Shown piece after piece: positions 33,237-43,898 of a stretch of 64,000 nt of DNA (its first letter is position 1; every line of letters begins with the position of its first letter). The notes beneath the pieces were generated by a model. The model was given only the letters and a program-made list of their open reading frames with translations, was not told the DNA's origin and searched no databases. This stretch comes from an uncultured Gammaproteobacteria bacterium (GTDB taxonomy: Bacteria; Pseudomonadota; Gammaproteobacteria; GCA-002705445; GCA-002716945). The DNA lies in NCBI GenBank assembly GCA_902521725.1, contig CABYTF010000002.1:56171-120170 (forward strand), written 5' to 3'. The position numbers were made by a program, and so were the translations under genes.

Positions 33237-35388
33237 AGATAATATAAAACTTAAGACAGACACTCTATCCTCAAGAAAAAGCAGTTCATCTGTTGGGGTT
33301 CACGTTAAAAGAAAAAGAAAGATTCTTGTAAAGCCAAAAAGCACTCAAGCCTCTGACTCTTCGCGGACTACAAAAAAAGAAGTAAAAAAAGAGGTCGTAA
33401 AAGATAATCTCTCTAAAGAGATAACAATTTCAAAAGCACCTCCTGCAAAAGAAGTTACATCCACAGATCCCAAACCAACCAAAAAGCATAAAGTAGATAA
33501 AGATGAAAAAATAGAAAAAATGGAAAATAAGGAGCTGCACTTAAAATCTCCAAGTTACAAAAAAGATAAAAATAAGAAAAATAAAATACAACTGCATGAC
33601 ATACAATCCACGCATAAATTTGAGAAACCAACCGAGCCAGTTATAAGGGATGTAAAAATTACTCAATCTATGACAGTGGCTGAACTAGCTAATCAAATGG
33701 CACTTAAGCATACGGATCTGATCGCTAAAATGATGAGTCTAGGTGTTATGGCCACTGTCAATCAATCTTTGGATCAAGACACCGCGGTACTCATCACAGA
33801 AGAACTTGGTCACAAACCTATAATAGTTCAAGATTCTGAGGATGAAATAGCCCCTTTGGAGAAAATCGAAATTACAAACGGGAAAACAAGAGCACCAATT
33901 GTAACAATAATGGGGCATGTTGATCATGGTAAAACTTCTCTACTGGATTATATAAGAAAGTCAAAAATAACCGAATCTGAATCAGGTGGGATTACACAGC
34001 ACATAGGCGCTTATCGTGTTAAGACTGATAATGGTGAAATCGCTTTTCTTGATACGCCTGGTCATGCAGCTTTTACAAGTATGAGAGCAAGAGGTGCTAA
34101 AGTGACTGACATAGTTATTTTAGTGGTTTCTGCGGATGATGGTGTTATGCCACAGACTAAAGAAGCTATAGAGCACGCTAAAGCTGCAGGTGTACCTCTA
34201 ATAATCGCAATTAATAAAATTGATAAAGAAAATGCTGATCAAGAAAAGGTAAAAAATGATCTTGCCACAAATAATGTTGTTCCGGAAGAGTGGGGAGGCG
34301 ATACAATTTTCGTACCAATTTCTGCTTTGACTGGAGAGGGAATTGATAAATTACTGGATTCTGTTGTTTTGCAGGCAGAAATTTTAGAATTAAAGGCAGA
34401 TGAAAATGGACCCGCAACCGGCGTAGTAATTGAATCATCATTGGATAAAGGAAAAGGACCTGTAGCGACAGTACTGATACAAAATGGTATGTTGAAACAG
34501 AAAGACTTTGTATTAGTTGGTCAGACTTTTGGCAGAGTAAGAGCACTATTCAATGAATATAGCAAGCCTGTTAAAAGCGCAGGACCGAGTACTCCAGTGG
34601 TTCTCACTGGATTGTCAGCCACACCAAATGTTGGTGATCAACTAATATCAACTGATGATGAGAGAAAGGTCAAAGATATTGCATCGTCCCGAGAGAAAAA
34701 ACAAAAAGAAATTGAGATGCAGTCAAAACAAAAAAATTTTTCGATTGAATCATTTGGTGATGAATCTAATAATAAAAAAATTATCAATTATCTTGTGAAA
34801 ACAGATGTACAAGGAAGCTGTGAAGCAATTATCAACAGTCTACAAACAATTGATAATCCTGACGTCGGGCTTGAGGTCATATATAGTGGCGTTGGAGGTA
34901 TAACTGAATCAGATATTAACTTAGCAATAAGTGCCGGAGCACATATTATCGGGTTTAATGTTAGAGCTGACAGTAAAGCAAAAAAATTAATTGAAATGCA
35001 TGATTTACCTCTGAAATATTTCAGTATTATTTATGATCTGATTGATTACGTTAAATTTGATTTATCTGGGGAATTAGAGCCAGAAATAAAAGAGGAAATT
35101 ATTGGGATTGCCACTGTTAAAGATGTATTTCGTTCATCGAAGCTTGGCGCAATTGCAGGGTCAATTGTATCTGAGGGCACTATTCAAAAAGATCAACCTA
35201 TTAGAGTTTTGCGTGATAATACAGTTATTTATGAGGGAGAACTAGAATCCCTGAGAAGGTTCAAAGAAGATGTAAAAGAAGTCAAAAGCGGCACCGAATG
35301 CGGTATTGGTGTAAAAGATTACAATGATATTAAGTCTGGTGATCAAATAGAAGTATACAAAAGAACAGAAATAAAGCGCTCTATATAG
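33226..35388 (+). CDS. infB: translation initiation factor IF-2
   Basis: GTPase motifs [14 protein letters not shown] and NKID. ATG 33226 preferred over TTG 33214. Overlaps the end of nusA by 11 nt. Confidence 0.96.
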   Translation: MTDKDNIKLKTDTLSSRKSSSSVGVHVKRKRKILVKPKSTQASDSSRTTKKEVKKEVVKDNLSKEITISKAPPAKEVTSTDPKPTKKHKVDKDEKIEKMENKELHLKSPSYKKDKNKKNKIQLHDIQSTHKFEKPTEPVIRDVKITQSMTVAELANQMALKHTDLIAKMMSLGVMATVNQSLDQDTAVLITEELGHKPIIVQDSEDEIAPLEKIEITNGKTRAPIVTIMGHVDHGKTSLLDYIRKSKITESESGGITQHIGAYRVKTDNGEIAFLDTPGHAAFTSMRARGAKVTDIVILVVSADDGVMPQTKEAIEHAKAAGVPLIIAINKIDKENADQEKVKNDLATNNVVPEEWGGDTIFVPISALTGEGIDKLLDSVVLQAEILELKADENGPATGVVIESSLDKGKGPVATVLIQNGMLKQKDFVLVGQTFGRVRALFNEYSKPVKSAGPSTPVVLTGLSATPNVGDQLISTDDERKVKDIASSREKKQKEIEMQSKQKNFSIESFGDESNNKKIINYLVKTDVQGSCEAIINSLQTIDNPDVGLEVIYSGVGGITESDINLAISAGAHIIGFNVRADSKAKKLIEMHDLPLKYFSIIYDLIDYVKFDLSGELEPEIKEEIIGIATVKDVFRSSKLGAIAGSIVSEGTIQKDQPIRVLRDNTVIYEGELESLRRFKEDVKEVKSGTECGIGVKDYNDIKSGDQIEVYKRTEIKRSI

Positions 35389-35394
35389 TTTACG

Positions 35395-35724
35395 ATGAGC
35401 AGGATGAATAAAATTGAAGATCTCCTTCATAAAGAAATTGCAAACATTATTGTAACTCGTATTGATAATCCGCAAATTAAAAACACTGTGACTATTACAG
35501 ATATAAAGGTCAGCAAAGATATACGAACTGCTGTTGTTTATTTCGTAACATTAGATAAAAATTTTAAAAAAATTGAAAAAATAATTAATGAACTAAAACC
35601 AACTATAAAATTTTACTTATCGAAAAATGTTCATCTAAAAAGAATACCTGATATAAAATTTATCTTTGATGATACAGTTATCAAAGGTCAGAGAATAAGT
35701 AAACTTTTGGATTCTATAAGATAA
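35395..35724 (+). CDS. rbfA: ribosome-binding factor A
   Basis: 109 aa in the conserved position. Contains KEIANII...ITDIKVSKDIRTAVVYF. Confidence 0.88.
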   Translation: MSRMNKIEDLLHKEIANIIVTRIDNPQIKNTVTITDIKVSKDIRTAVVYFVTLDKNFKKIEKIINELKPTIKFYLSKNVHLKRIPDIKFIFDDTVIKGQRISKLLDSIR

Positions 35725-35731
35725 TTTTGAA

Positions 35732-36610
35732 GTGGTAAACGGAGTTTTTTTAATCAATAAAAAAAAATTTTTTACTTCAAGTAAAATACTTGCCGTTTTT
35801 AAAAACAGAACAAATATTAAAAAAGCCGGCATTTTTGGCATCTTAGACCCTTTAGCAACAGGCATCCTTCCTATCGTAGTAGGAGAAGCAACTAAATTTA
35901 TTAATTATATTCCTAGTAATAATAAAACCTACGAGGTTAAGTGCAAACTAGGTGTATTTAGTGAGTGTGGTGATTACGAGACTGAACCTATCACTTTTGA
36001 AAATGAGATTGAGATTGTTAACAATCTTTCAATAGAGGTTATCAACAATACATTCAAGAAGTTTCTGGGTAAATATCCTCAAATGCCTCCGATGTTTAGT
36101 GCTAGCAAACATAAAGGTAAACCCCTTTATAGATATGCAAGAGAAAATATTATTGTCAAAAGAGAATTGAAAGAAAGATATATTTTCGATCTGAAATTTG
36201 TTTCTCTTGTGGAAGATGTTTTGACTTTGAAGGTAACATGCTCTCCAGGCACTTATATACGTACACTTGTTCAGGATATCTCAAAACATTGGAATATTCA
36301 TTCATGCCTTTTTGAGTTGAATAGAAGCATAGTAGAGCCTTTTGAGAAATATTCGGCCATTGACTTAAATGATATCAACAAAGACAATTTAGACAAATAT
36401 AATATCAGTATTAGCGACATGCTTAAGAATATTGCTTGTATAAATTGTAATTCTCGAGAGATAAATAAGTTGTACACAGGGCTTAGTATTGAAAGGCAAA
36501 ATTCAGCTAATGAGTCAATCTGTAAGCTCATGGATGAAGAAAATAACTTCCATGGGATCGGATATTTTAAAGAAAATGTTTTGTATCCTAAAAGATTGAT
36601 GAAAAGATAA
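35732..36610 (+). CDS. truB: tRNA pseudouridine-55 synthase
   Basis: 292 aa. GVFLINK and the catalytic Asp motif GILDPLATG. GTG start. Confidence 0.92.
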   Translation: MVNGVFLINKKKFFTSSKILAVFKNRTNIKKAGIFGILDPLATGILPIVVGEATKFINYIPSNNKTYEVKCKLGVFSECGDYETEPITFENEIEIVNNLSIEVINNTFKKFLGKYPQMPPMFSASKHKGKPLYRYARENIIVKRELKERYIFDLKFVSLVEDVLTLKVTCSPGTYIRTLVQDISKHWNIHSCLFELNRSIVEPFEKYSAIDLNDINKDNLDKYNISISDMLKNIACINCNSREINKLYTGLSIERQNSANESICKLMDEENNFHGIGYFKENVLYPKRLMKR

Positions 36611-36617
36611 TAATTCA

Positions 36618-36646
36618 TTGGTATTACCTGTTGGACATGATAAAAT
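36618..36646 (+). promoter_or_regulatory. candidate sigma-70 promoter for rpsO
   Basis: -35 TTGGTA (36618-36623), a 17-bp spacer ending in TGa, and -10 TAAAAT (36641-36646). This is the extended -10 form. Confidence 0.35.
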
Positions 36647-36674
36647 CCTCTCGTCGACTAATTAGAGACAAATA

Positions 36675-36944
36675 ATGGCATTGAAAAGCGAAATAAAAGT
36701 TGGAATTATAGAGAAATTTAGGAAATCTGATAAAGACTGCGGATCTAGTTCAGTTCAAATAGCACTTCTCACAGAAAACATTAACAAACTTTCTGGCCAC
36801 TTCGATAAAAATAAAAAGGATAATCATTCGAGACAAGGGCTCCTCAAAATGATTATGAAGAGAAGATCTCTCATGAAATATCTTAAAAAAACAGATATGA
36901 GTACTTATGAGAAGCTAATAAAAGAACTAGGACTAAGAAAATAA
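36675..36944 (+). CDS. rpsO: 30S ribosomal protein S15
   Basis: 89 aa. Contains [21 protein letters not shown]...[16 protein letters not shown]. Confidence 0.96.
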   Translation: MALKSEIKVGIIEKFRKSDKDCGSSSVQIALLTENINKLSGHFDKNKKDNHSRQGLLKMIMKRRSLMKYLKKTDMSTYEKLIKELGLRK

Positions 36945-39019
36945 TGCACACAAAAACTTTTGACCTTGGGACTCAATCTGTCAAAATTGAGACCGGCCTG
37001 ATAGCAAAACAGGCTAATGCCTCAGCAACTGTCGAAATTGATGGAACTGTTATATTGGCAACAATAGTAGCCTCGTCAGAACCAAATGACAGAGATTTTT
37101 TTCCATTGACTGTAAATTACAATGAAAAAACATATGCCGCTGGTAAAATACCCGGTGGTTTCTTTAAGCGCGAGGGCAGACCTACAGAAAAAGAAACCTT
37201 GATAAGTCGCTTGATAGACAGACCTCTAAGACCCTTATTCGCATCTACGTACAATCAAGAAGTGCAAATAATTCTAACATTAGTCTCACTGAATCCTGAG
37301 ATAGATCCAGAGATACCAGCAATGATAGCTGCCTCAGCAGTTGTAAAACTTGCAGGATTACCTTTCAATGGAACACTTGGTGCAGTTAAAGTGGGTTTCG
37401 ACAATGATCAATACATACTCAATCCCACATCCACTCAGTTAACCACATCGAAATTAGATTTAACTGTCGCAGGTACAAGTAACGCAGTACTTATGGTTGA
37501 ATCTGAGGCTGATCAGCTTACTGAAAAACAAATGTTAGATGCAGTTAATTTTGGACATGAAAACATGCAAACAATTATTAAAGCTATAGATGAGCTTATA
37601 GCTGAAGTAGGGGTCTCTCAACAAGAGGCTAGACAACCTGATGATAACTCTGATTTATACAATTCAATTAAATCCTCTTATGGTGAAAAAATATCATCTG
37701 TCTATCAGATCATCGAAAAACAAGAAAGATATGAAAACTTATCACTTCTAAAAGATGAGGTTGTAAAAAATCTACTAGATGAGGATGTAGACAACTCTGA
37801 AATAATTTCAAAAGTTTTTGATGATCTTAAAAAAGATATTGTTAGAGAACGTATTCTATCTGGAGAAAAAAGAATAGACGGAAGAGACTCTAATACTGTT
37901 AGACCAATAAGTGTTCAAACCGGAATCTTACCAAGAACTCATGGTTCCGCATTGTTCACACGAGGAGAAACTCAGGCATTAGTTGTCACAACTCTTGGAA
38001 CTAATAAAGACGCTCAAATTATTGACTCGCTAAGTGGAAGAGTAGAAGATTCGTTTATATTTCATTATAACTTTCCACCATATTCTGTAGGTGAGATCGG
38101 GATGATTGGATCACCGAAAAGGAGAGAAATCGGTCACGGAAAACTTGCTCGAAGAGGTGTTCAAGCAGTAATGCCTTCTCAAGAAGCTTTCCCATATACG
38201 GTTAGGGTAGTATCTGAAATTACAGAATCAAACGGTTCTAGCTCCATGGCATCAGTTTGCGGCTCAAGTTTATCTATGATGGATGCAGGGGTCCCTTTAA
38301 AAGCCCCTGTTGCAGGAATTGCCATGGGGTTAGTGAAAGAGGGTGATAGACATGTTGTTTTAACCGATATTCTTGGAGATGAAGATCATCTTGGTGATAT
38401 GGATTTCAAGGTCGCTGGGACAGCTACTGGTATCAACGCTTTGCAAATGGATATTAAAATTGACGGTATCACATCAGATATCATGGAGACTGCACTTAAT
38501 CAGGCAAAAGAAGCGAGACTACATATCCTTAATGAGATGAACAAAGAGCTTAGCACTGCACGCGAAGATGTATCACAATTTGCACCAAGGTATACGCACA
38601 TGAAGATCGACCAATCGAAAATTGCGGAGGTTATTGGTAAAGGTGGTGCTGTAATTAAGTCAATTGTTGAGCAGACAGGGGCTGTTATTGATATCAATGA
38701 TGACGGTGTGATCAAGATAGCCGCATCTGACCAATCAAAAAGCGATCATGCAAAATCTATCATTGAGGAGATTACTGCTGGCCCTCAGGTTGATAAGATA
38801 TACGAAGGGCAAGTAGCTAAAATAATGGACTTCGGCGCTTTTGTTGCAATTACTCCTAATAAAGACGGTTTGGTTCATATTTCTCAAATAAGCGAAGAGA
38901 GAGTGAAAGATGTAAAAGATGTTCTTTCCGAGGGTCAAGTTGTTAAAGTCAAGGTTTTGGAAGTTGACAAGCAAGGTCGCGTAAAGCTTACAATGAAGGG
39001 TATAGATCAGAACGCTTAA
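36944..39019 (+). CDS. pnp: polynucleotide phosphorylase
   Basis: 691 aa with two RNase PH domains, a KH domain ([10 protein letters not shown]) and an S1 domain. ATG overlaps the rpsO TAA (TAATG). Confidence 0.97.
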   Translation: MHTKTFDLGTQSVKIETGLIAKQANASATVEIDGTVILATIVASSEPNDRDFFPLTVNYNEKTYAAGKIPGGFFKREGRPTEKETLISRLIDRPLRPLFASTYNQEVQIILTLVSLNPEIDPEIPAMIAASAVVKLAGLPFNGTLGAVKVGFDNDQYILNPTSTQLTTSKLDLTVAGTSNAVLMVESEADQLTEKQMLDAVNFGHENMQTIIKAIDELIAEVGVSQQEARQPDDNSDLYNSIKSSYGEKISSVYQIIEKQERYENLSLLKDEVVKNLLDEDVDNSEIISKVFDDLKKDIVRERILSGEKRIDGRDSNTVRPISVQTGILPRTHGSALFTRGETQALVVTTLGTNKDAQIIDSLSGRVEDSFIFHYNFPPYSVGEIGMIGSPKRREIGHGKLARRGVQAVMPSQEAFPYTVRVVSEITESNGSSSMASVCGSSLSMMDAGVPLKAPVAGIAMGLVKEGDRHVVLTDILGDEDHLGDMDFKVAGTATGINALQMDIKIDGITSDIMETALNQAKEARLHILNEMNKELSTAREDVSQFAPRYTHMKIDQSKIAEVIGKGGAVIKSIVEQTGAVIDINDDGVIKIAASDQSKSDHAKSIIEEITAGPQVDKIYEGQVAKIMDFGAFVAITPNKDGLVHISQISEERVKDVKDVLSEGQVVKVKVLEVDKQGRVKLTMKGIDQNA

Positions 39020-39447
39020 TCAATTTGAGTTTTTTCACGTTTTTCGTGTCTTTCTTGTGCCTCTATTGACAATGTAGCGATCGGTCTTGCTTCTAATCTT
39101 TTGATTCCTATTGGTTCACCAGTATCCTCGCAATAGCCATATGAACCATCATCAATTCTATTCAAAGCCTGATCAATTTTTAATATTAATTTTCTCTCTC
39201 GATCTCTTGTTCGGAGTTCAAGCCTGAATTCTTCTTCTTGAGTTGCAGCATCATTTGGATCTGATAGTTTCGAAGAATCTTGTTTCATATGGTCCATTGT
39301 TTTCTCTGCCTCAGACATTAGCAACTTCTTCCATGAGAATAGGATATTTTTGAAATGCTCTGTTTGTTGAGGAGACATATACTCTTCCCCTTTTTTTGGC
39401 TTATATGGTTTAAAATCAAGGTATTTTTGAAGATTTGTTGATGCCAT
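39016..39447 (-). CDS. dksA: RNA polymerase-binding factor DksA, zinc-finger cysteines mostly lost
   Basis: 143 aa, collinear with E. coli DksA ([32 protein letters not shown]). The C4 motif reads C-E-D-T...S-I-E-A. Confidence 0.9.
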   Translation of the reverse strand: MASTNLQKYLDFKPYKPKKGEEYMSPQQTEHFKNILFSWKKLLMSEAEKTMDHMKQDSSKLSDPNDAATQEEEFRLELRTRDRERKLILKIDQALNRIDDGSYGYCEDTGEPIGIKRLEARPIATLSIEAQERHEKREKTQID

Positions 39448-39483
39448 GTTGATAGATTATTTTGCTACTAGTTTAATGCTATA

Positions 39484-40815
39484 TCAAGTCTTTTTTTCCT
39501 TCCTATATACATCTATGTACCCATCAATCATTTCAATTTTTAAATGATCGTATTTTTTAGCAAGTATAGAACTTTTAATAATACTGTGTTCATTATCTCG
39601 GATGATAGCATAGCCTTTTTTGAGTATAATCTTAGGATTAGACTGATCGACTTGTTTAGTCTTCAACTTAATTAGCTCATTAAACTGATTTAATTTATTT
39701 GAAATAGCCCTTTCAATTACTTTGATATCAATCTTTATATTTTTAGAATGCGTTAGACTCCTACTCATAATCATTTGATGCACTTGTTTTTTTTGTAATT
39801 TTTTGTTATCGAGTGATAATTGAAAACTTTTAATTGTTTTAATTATTAGATTCGTCATCAGATAAAGATTAACTTTGAACTCCCTGTGAAATGACTTAAC
39901 TTTTTTATCTGGTGCATTTAATTTCAGTATAGAAAATATATTACAGATTTTATCAGATAAGAGATTTAGGCGTTGTTTTTGAGTCTTATTAATTGCAATA
40001 TCTAGCTGATATATATCTTGTCTTAATACATTAGAGTCAGGTACTGCTCTCACAGCGGCTGCAGTCGGCGTCTCCTGAGCTGAGTCTGCAGCATAATCAG
40101 CTAGAGTAATGTCCGGTTTATGACCTATGCCCGTTATAGTTGGTATCTTTGAATTTGATATCTCTCTAACTAAATTTTCATCATTGAATGCCATCAAATC
40201 TTGTAATGACCCTCCGCCTCGTACAATAAGTAGTACATCTATAATATTATCTTTATTAATTTTGTTGAGCATTTTTGCAAGGCTCATTGGGGCTGATACT
40301 CCCTGGACTGTTGATGGGTATATGTACACTCTGGCGAGTGGATATTTTTCCTGCAATTTTGAGCACACATCCTTTAGAGCATGACTATCCTTCGCAGTAA
40401 GAACACCAATGTTCTCTGGAAACATAGGTATATCTTTTTTAAGATCGAAAATTCCTTCTTTAGAGAGTTTTGATTTTAACCTTTCAATTTCTTTTTTTAA
40501 AAAACCATCACCAAATTCTGATATATCGGAGACATTCAATTGAAATTTTCCGAATCCTGAGTAGAAATCAACTTTAGCATTAGCTATGACTTGCATATCT
40601 ATATAGTCTGAAACTTTTATATTTAGATGTTCATTTTTCCAAATTACACAATCAACTGTGTATTTTCCATTCTGATCTCTTAATCTAAAATATTGATGTC
40701 CCTTAGAGGTTCTATAGTCAGTAATCTCACCTTTAACAGATATGGGATACTCAAAAGCAAGTAACATTGCTTCTCTTGCTTCTAAGTTTAATTCAGATAC
40801 TGTATATATTTTCAT
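39484..40815 (-). CDS. xseA: exodeoxyribonuclease VII large subunit
   Basis: 443 aa. N-terminal OB fold plus catalytic core (LIVRGGGSLQDL). Divergent from guaB, as in E. coli. Confidence 0.9.
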   Translation of the reverse strand: MKIYTVSELNLEAREAMLLAFEYPISVKGEITDYRTSKGHQYFRLRDQNGKYTVDCVIWKNEHLNIKVSDYIDMQVIANAKVDFYSGFGKFQLNVSDISEFGDGFLKKEIERLKSKLSKEGIFDLKKDIPMFPENIGVLTAKDSHALKDVCSKLQEKYPLARVYIYPSTVQGVSAPMSLAKMLNKINKDNIIDVLLIVRGGGSLQDLMAFNDENLVREISNSKIPTITGIGHKPDITLADYAADSAQETPTAAAVRAVPDSNVLRQDIYQLDIAINKTQKQRLNLLSDKICNIFSILKLNAPDKKVKSFHREFKVNLYLMTNLIIKTIKSFQLSLDNKKLQKKQVHQMIMSRSLTHSKNIKIDIKVIERAISNKLNQFNELIKLKTKQVDQSNPKIILKKGYAIIRDNEHSIIKSSILAKKYDHLKIEMIDGYIDVYRKEKKT

Positions 40816-40857
40816 CTTTGTACTTTTCGGATAATGTTTTTATATGTATAATATAGA

Positions 40858-42348
40858 ATGGTAGCAAGATCACATCAATCGAGATCTAAAGTATTTTCCG
40901 ATGAGGCTCTAGCGTTTGATGACGTTCTACTTGTTCCAGCTTATTCCGATATACTTCCAGTCAACGTTGATTTATCTACCCAGCTTACCAGAGAGATAAG
41001 CCTTAAAATCCCTATTTTATCTGCTGCGATGGATACTGTTACCGAGTCACAAATGGCGATTAGTCTAGCTAGCGAGGGCGGGGTTGGTATTATCCATAAA
41101 AATTTATCAGTTGAAGATCAGGCAAAGCAAGTAAGGTTCGTAAAAAAATATGAGAGTGGAGTGATTAATGACCCCATAACCGCATCGGCGGAATCTACTG
41201 TACAAGAGATAAACAATATTACTGAAAAATATGGAATTTCTGGTGTCCCAATCGTAGATAAAGACAAGCTAATTGGGATTGTCACAAATAGAGATCTCAG
41301 ATTTGTTGAGAATATCAACACTAAAGTGACATCAATAATGACGCCAAAAGAAAAACTAGTGACTGTAAACGAAAATTACTCAAAAAAGCGAGTCATACAG
41401 CTACTACGAACTAATAGAATTGAAAAGATACTCATTGTAAACAAGAAAAATCAACTAAAGGGAATGATTACGTTTAAAGATATTCAAAAATCATCTACTT
41501 ATCCTAATGCGTCGAAGGATAATAATGGAAGCTTGATTGTTGGAGCTGCAGTTAGTACTAATTCAGAGTCTATCGATCGTATTCATGCGCTGATAAATGA
41601 AAATGTTGATGTCATTACAATCGATACTGCACACGGCCATTCAAAGTCTGTTATAGATATGCTGAAATTCATTAAAAAAAATTATCCATCTCAACAAGTA
41701 ATTGCCGGGAACATTGCTACAGCCGATGCTGCAGAATCACTTATAAAAAACGGAGCAGATGCCATTAAAGTTGGAATTGGACCCGGATCTATTTGTACCA
41801 CTAGGATAGTTGCAGGCGTCGGAGTTCCTCAATTATCAGCAATATATGAGTGTGCAAAAATTTCTAAAAAATTTAAAATACCACTCATTGCAGATGGAGG
41901 TGTACGTTACTCCGGAGACATAGCGAAAGCAATTGCTGCTGGGTCTGATACAGTTATGTTAGGAGGACTGTTAGCTGGCACAGATGAAGCGCCCGGTGAA
42001 GTCGAAATGTTTGAGGGAAGGACTTATAAATCATACAGAGGCATGGGATCAATTGGAGCTATGCAAAGTGGGTCAAAAGATAGATATTTTCAAGAACACC
42101 ATAATGAAAGTAAAAAACTTATCCCAGAAGGGATTGAGGGTCGCGTTCCTTACAAAGGTACCATGAAATCTATTCTTCATCAGTTAACAGGAGGACTGAA
42201 ATCAAGTATGGGTTACTTGGGCTGTAAAAATATTAAATTAATGAAAACGAAAACAAATTTCATCAAAGTATCCAGCTCATCAAAAATTGAGAGCCATACA
42301 CATGATGTAGCTATTGTTAAAGAGCCTCCGAACTATCAGTCTAGGTAA
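40858..42348 (+). CDS. guaB: IMP dehydrogenase
   Basis: 496 aa. [11 protein letters not shown], a CBS pair and the catalytic loop [11 protein letters not shown]. Confidence 0.97.
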   Translation: MVARSHQSRSKVFSDEALAFDDVLLVPAYSDILPVNVDLSTQLTREISLKIPILSAAMDTVTESQMAISLASEGGVGIIHKNLSVEDQAKQVRFVKKYESGVINDPITASAESTVQEINNITEKYGISGVPIVDKDKLIGIVTNRDLRFVENINTKVTSIMTPKEKLVTVNENYSKKRVIQLLRTNRIEKILIVNKKNQLKGMITFKDIQKSSTYPNASKDNNGSLIVGAAVSTNSESIDRIHALINENVDVITIDTAHGHSKSVIDMLKFIKKNYPSQQVIAGNIATADAAESLIKNGADAIKVGIGPGSICTTRIVAGVGVPQLSAIYECAKISKKFKIPLIADGGVRYSGDIAKAIAAGSDTVMLGGLLAGTDEAPGEVEMFEGRTYKSYRGMGSIGAMQSGSKDRYFQEHHNESKKLIPEGIEGRVPYKGTMKSILHQLTGGLKSSMGYLGCKNIKLMKTKTNFIKVSSSSKIESHTHDVAIVKEPPNYQSR

Positions 42349-43895
42349 TGACCAGAAGTAGGGATTTAATACTTATTTTAGATTTTGGGTCACAATACAC
42401 TCAACTTATTGCCAGGAGAATTAGAGAGCTTGGTATTTTTAGTTTAGTAGAGCCGTATAATATTTCTGTAAGTAAAATTAGAGAATTGAATCCCAAAGGT
42501 ATAGTGTTAAGCGGAGGTCCAAATTCAGTCAATTTCAGAAAAACCTTGAGGCCCAGGAAGGATATATTTAACCTTAAGATCCCAATTCTAGGCATATGCT
42601 ATGGGATGCAATTGATAGCAAAAGAATTTGGAGGTAGCGTAGTAAAGTCTGTAAAAAAGGAATTTGGGCACTCTATATTTAAAATAAATAAAAAAATAAA
42701 TTTATTTAATGGATGTAATAATAATTTTAAGCAATGTAGTGTTTGGATGAGTCATGCAGATAAAGTTGATAAGTTGCCAAGGGGATTTATAGCTGTAGGG
42801 AGTAGCACAAACTCAAAAATTGCGGCGATTTACTCCAGTAAAATGAATATTTTTGGACTTCAGTTCCATCCTGAAGTGACTCATACAAAAATAGGGAAAA
42901 AAATACTGGATAACTTTAGTAAAATATGCTGTTGCAAAAAATCATGGACGGCAAGTAGTATTAGTAAAAGCCTGATAGAAAAAGCTAAACAAGATATAGT
43001 AAAAGAAAAAGTAATTCTTGCACTATCTGGTGGTGTCGACTCTTCAGTTGTTGCTGCGATTCTCAGCAAAGCAATCGGAAAACAGTTAACATGTATCTTT
43101 ATTGATACAGGTCTTCTTAGAAAAAATGAGGTAAATGAAGTAAAAAAAATAACGAAATCATTAAACATTCAATTGAAAATTATTGATGCATCCAGGATAT
43201 TTTTATTGAGATTGAGAGGTGTTTCAGATCCTGAAAAGAAAAGAAAAATAATAGGGAAGTGCTTCATTGATACTTTTAATAAAGCCGCTTTGAAAATTAA
43301 AGAAGTAAAATTTCTCGCTCAAGGAACAATATATCCAGACGTCATTGAATCATCCTCAAAAAATTCAAAGTCTGATGTTATTAAATCACATCATAATGTT
43401 GGTGGTCTCCCAAAAAATATGAAGCTTAAGCTTGTTGAACCAATAAGAGACCTTTTTAAAGATGAGGTGAGAAGAATCGGCAAACAGTTAGGTCTACCTA
43501 ATAGTTTACTAGAAAGACATCCTTTTCCTGGACCGGGTCTAGCTGTAAGAATTTTAGGAGAAGTAAATCATATCAAAGTAAACATCTTACAAGAAGTTGA
43601 CTCTATTTTTCTCGATGAACTAAGAGTTAATGGTTTCTATAATAAAACTGATCAAGCACTCTGTGTCTTGATTCCACAAAAATCAGTTGGTGTGATGGGT
43701 GATAAAAGGCAATATGGATTTGTTGTAGCAATTAGAGCTGTCAATACAACTGATTTTATGACAGCAACATCGACACCAATCCCTCATAAATTATTAAATA
43801 ACATTTCCTCTCGAATTATTAATGAAGTTAATGGTGTAGCAAGAGTCGTATATGATATTACCTCAAAACCACCTGGCACAATTGAGTGGGAGTAA
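42348..43895 (+). CDS. guaA: GMP synthase (glutamine-hydrolysing)
   Basis: 515 aa. GATase motif GICYGMQ, PP-loop SGGVDSS, canonical C-terminal IEWE. Confidence 0.97.
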   Translation: MTRSRDLILILDFGSQYTQLIARRIRELGIFSLVEPYNISVSKIRELNPKGIVLSGGPNSVNFRKTLRPRKDIFNLKIPILGICYGMQLIAKEFGGSVVKSVKKEFGHSIFKINKKINLFNGCNNNFKQCSVWMSHADKVDKLPRGFIAVGSSTNSKIAAIYSSKMNIFGLQFHPEVTHTKIGKKILDNFSKICCCKKSWTASSISKSLIEKAKQDIVKEKVILALSGGVDSSVVAAILSKAIGKQLTCIFIDTGLLRKNEVNEVKKITKSLNIQLKIIDASRIFLLRLRGVSDPEKKRKIIGKCFIDTFNKAALKIKEVKFLAQGTIYPDVIESSSKNSKSDVIKSHHNVGGLPKNMKLKLVEPIRDLFKDEVRRIGKQLGLPNSLLERHPFPGPGLAVRILGEVNHIKVNILQEVDSIFLDELRVNGFYNKTDQALCVLIPQKSVGVMGDKRQYGFVVAIRAVNTTDFMTATSTPIPHKLLNNISSRIINEVNGVARVVYDITSKPPGTIEWE

Positions 43896-43898
43896 AGA

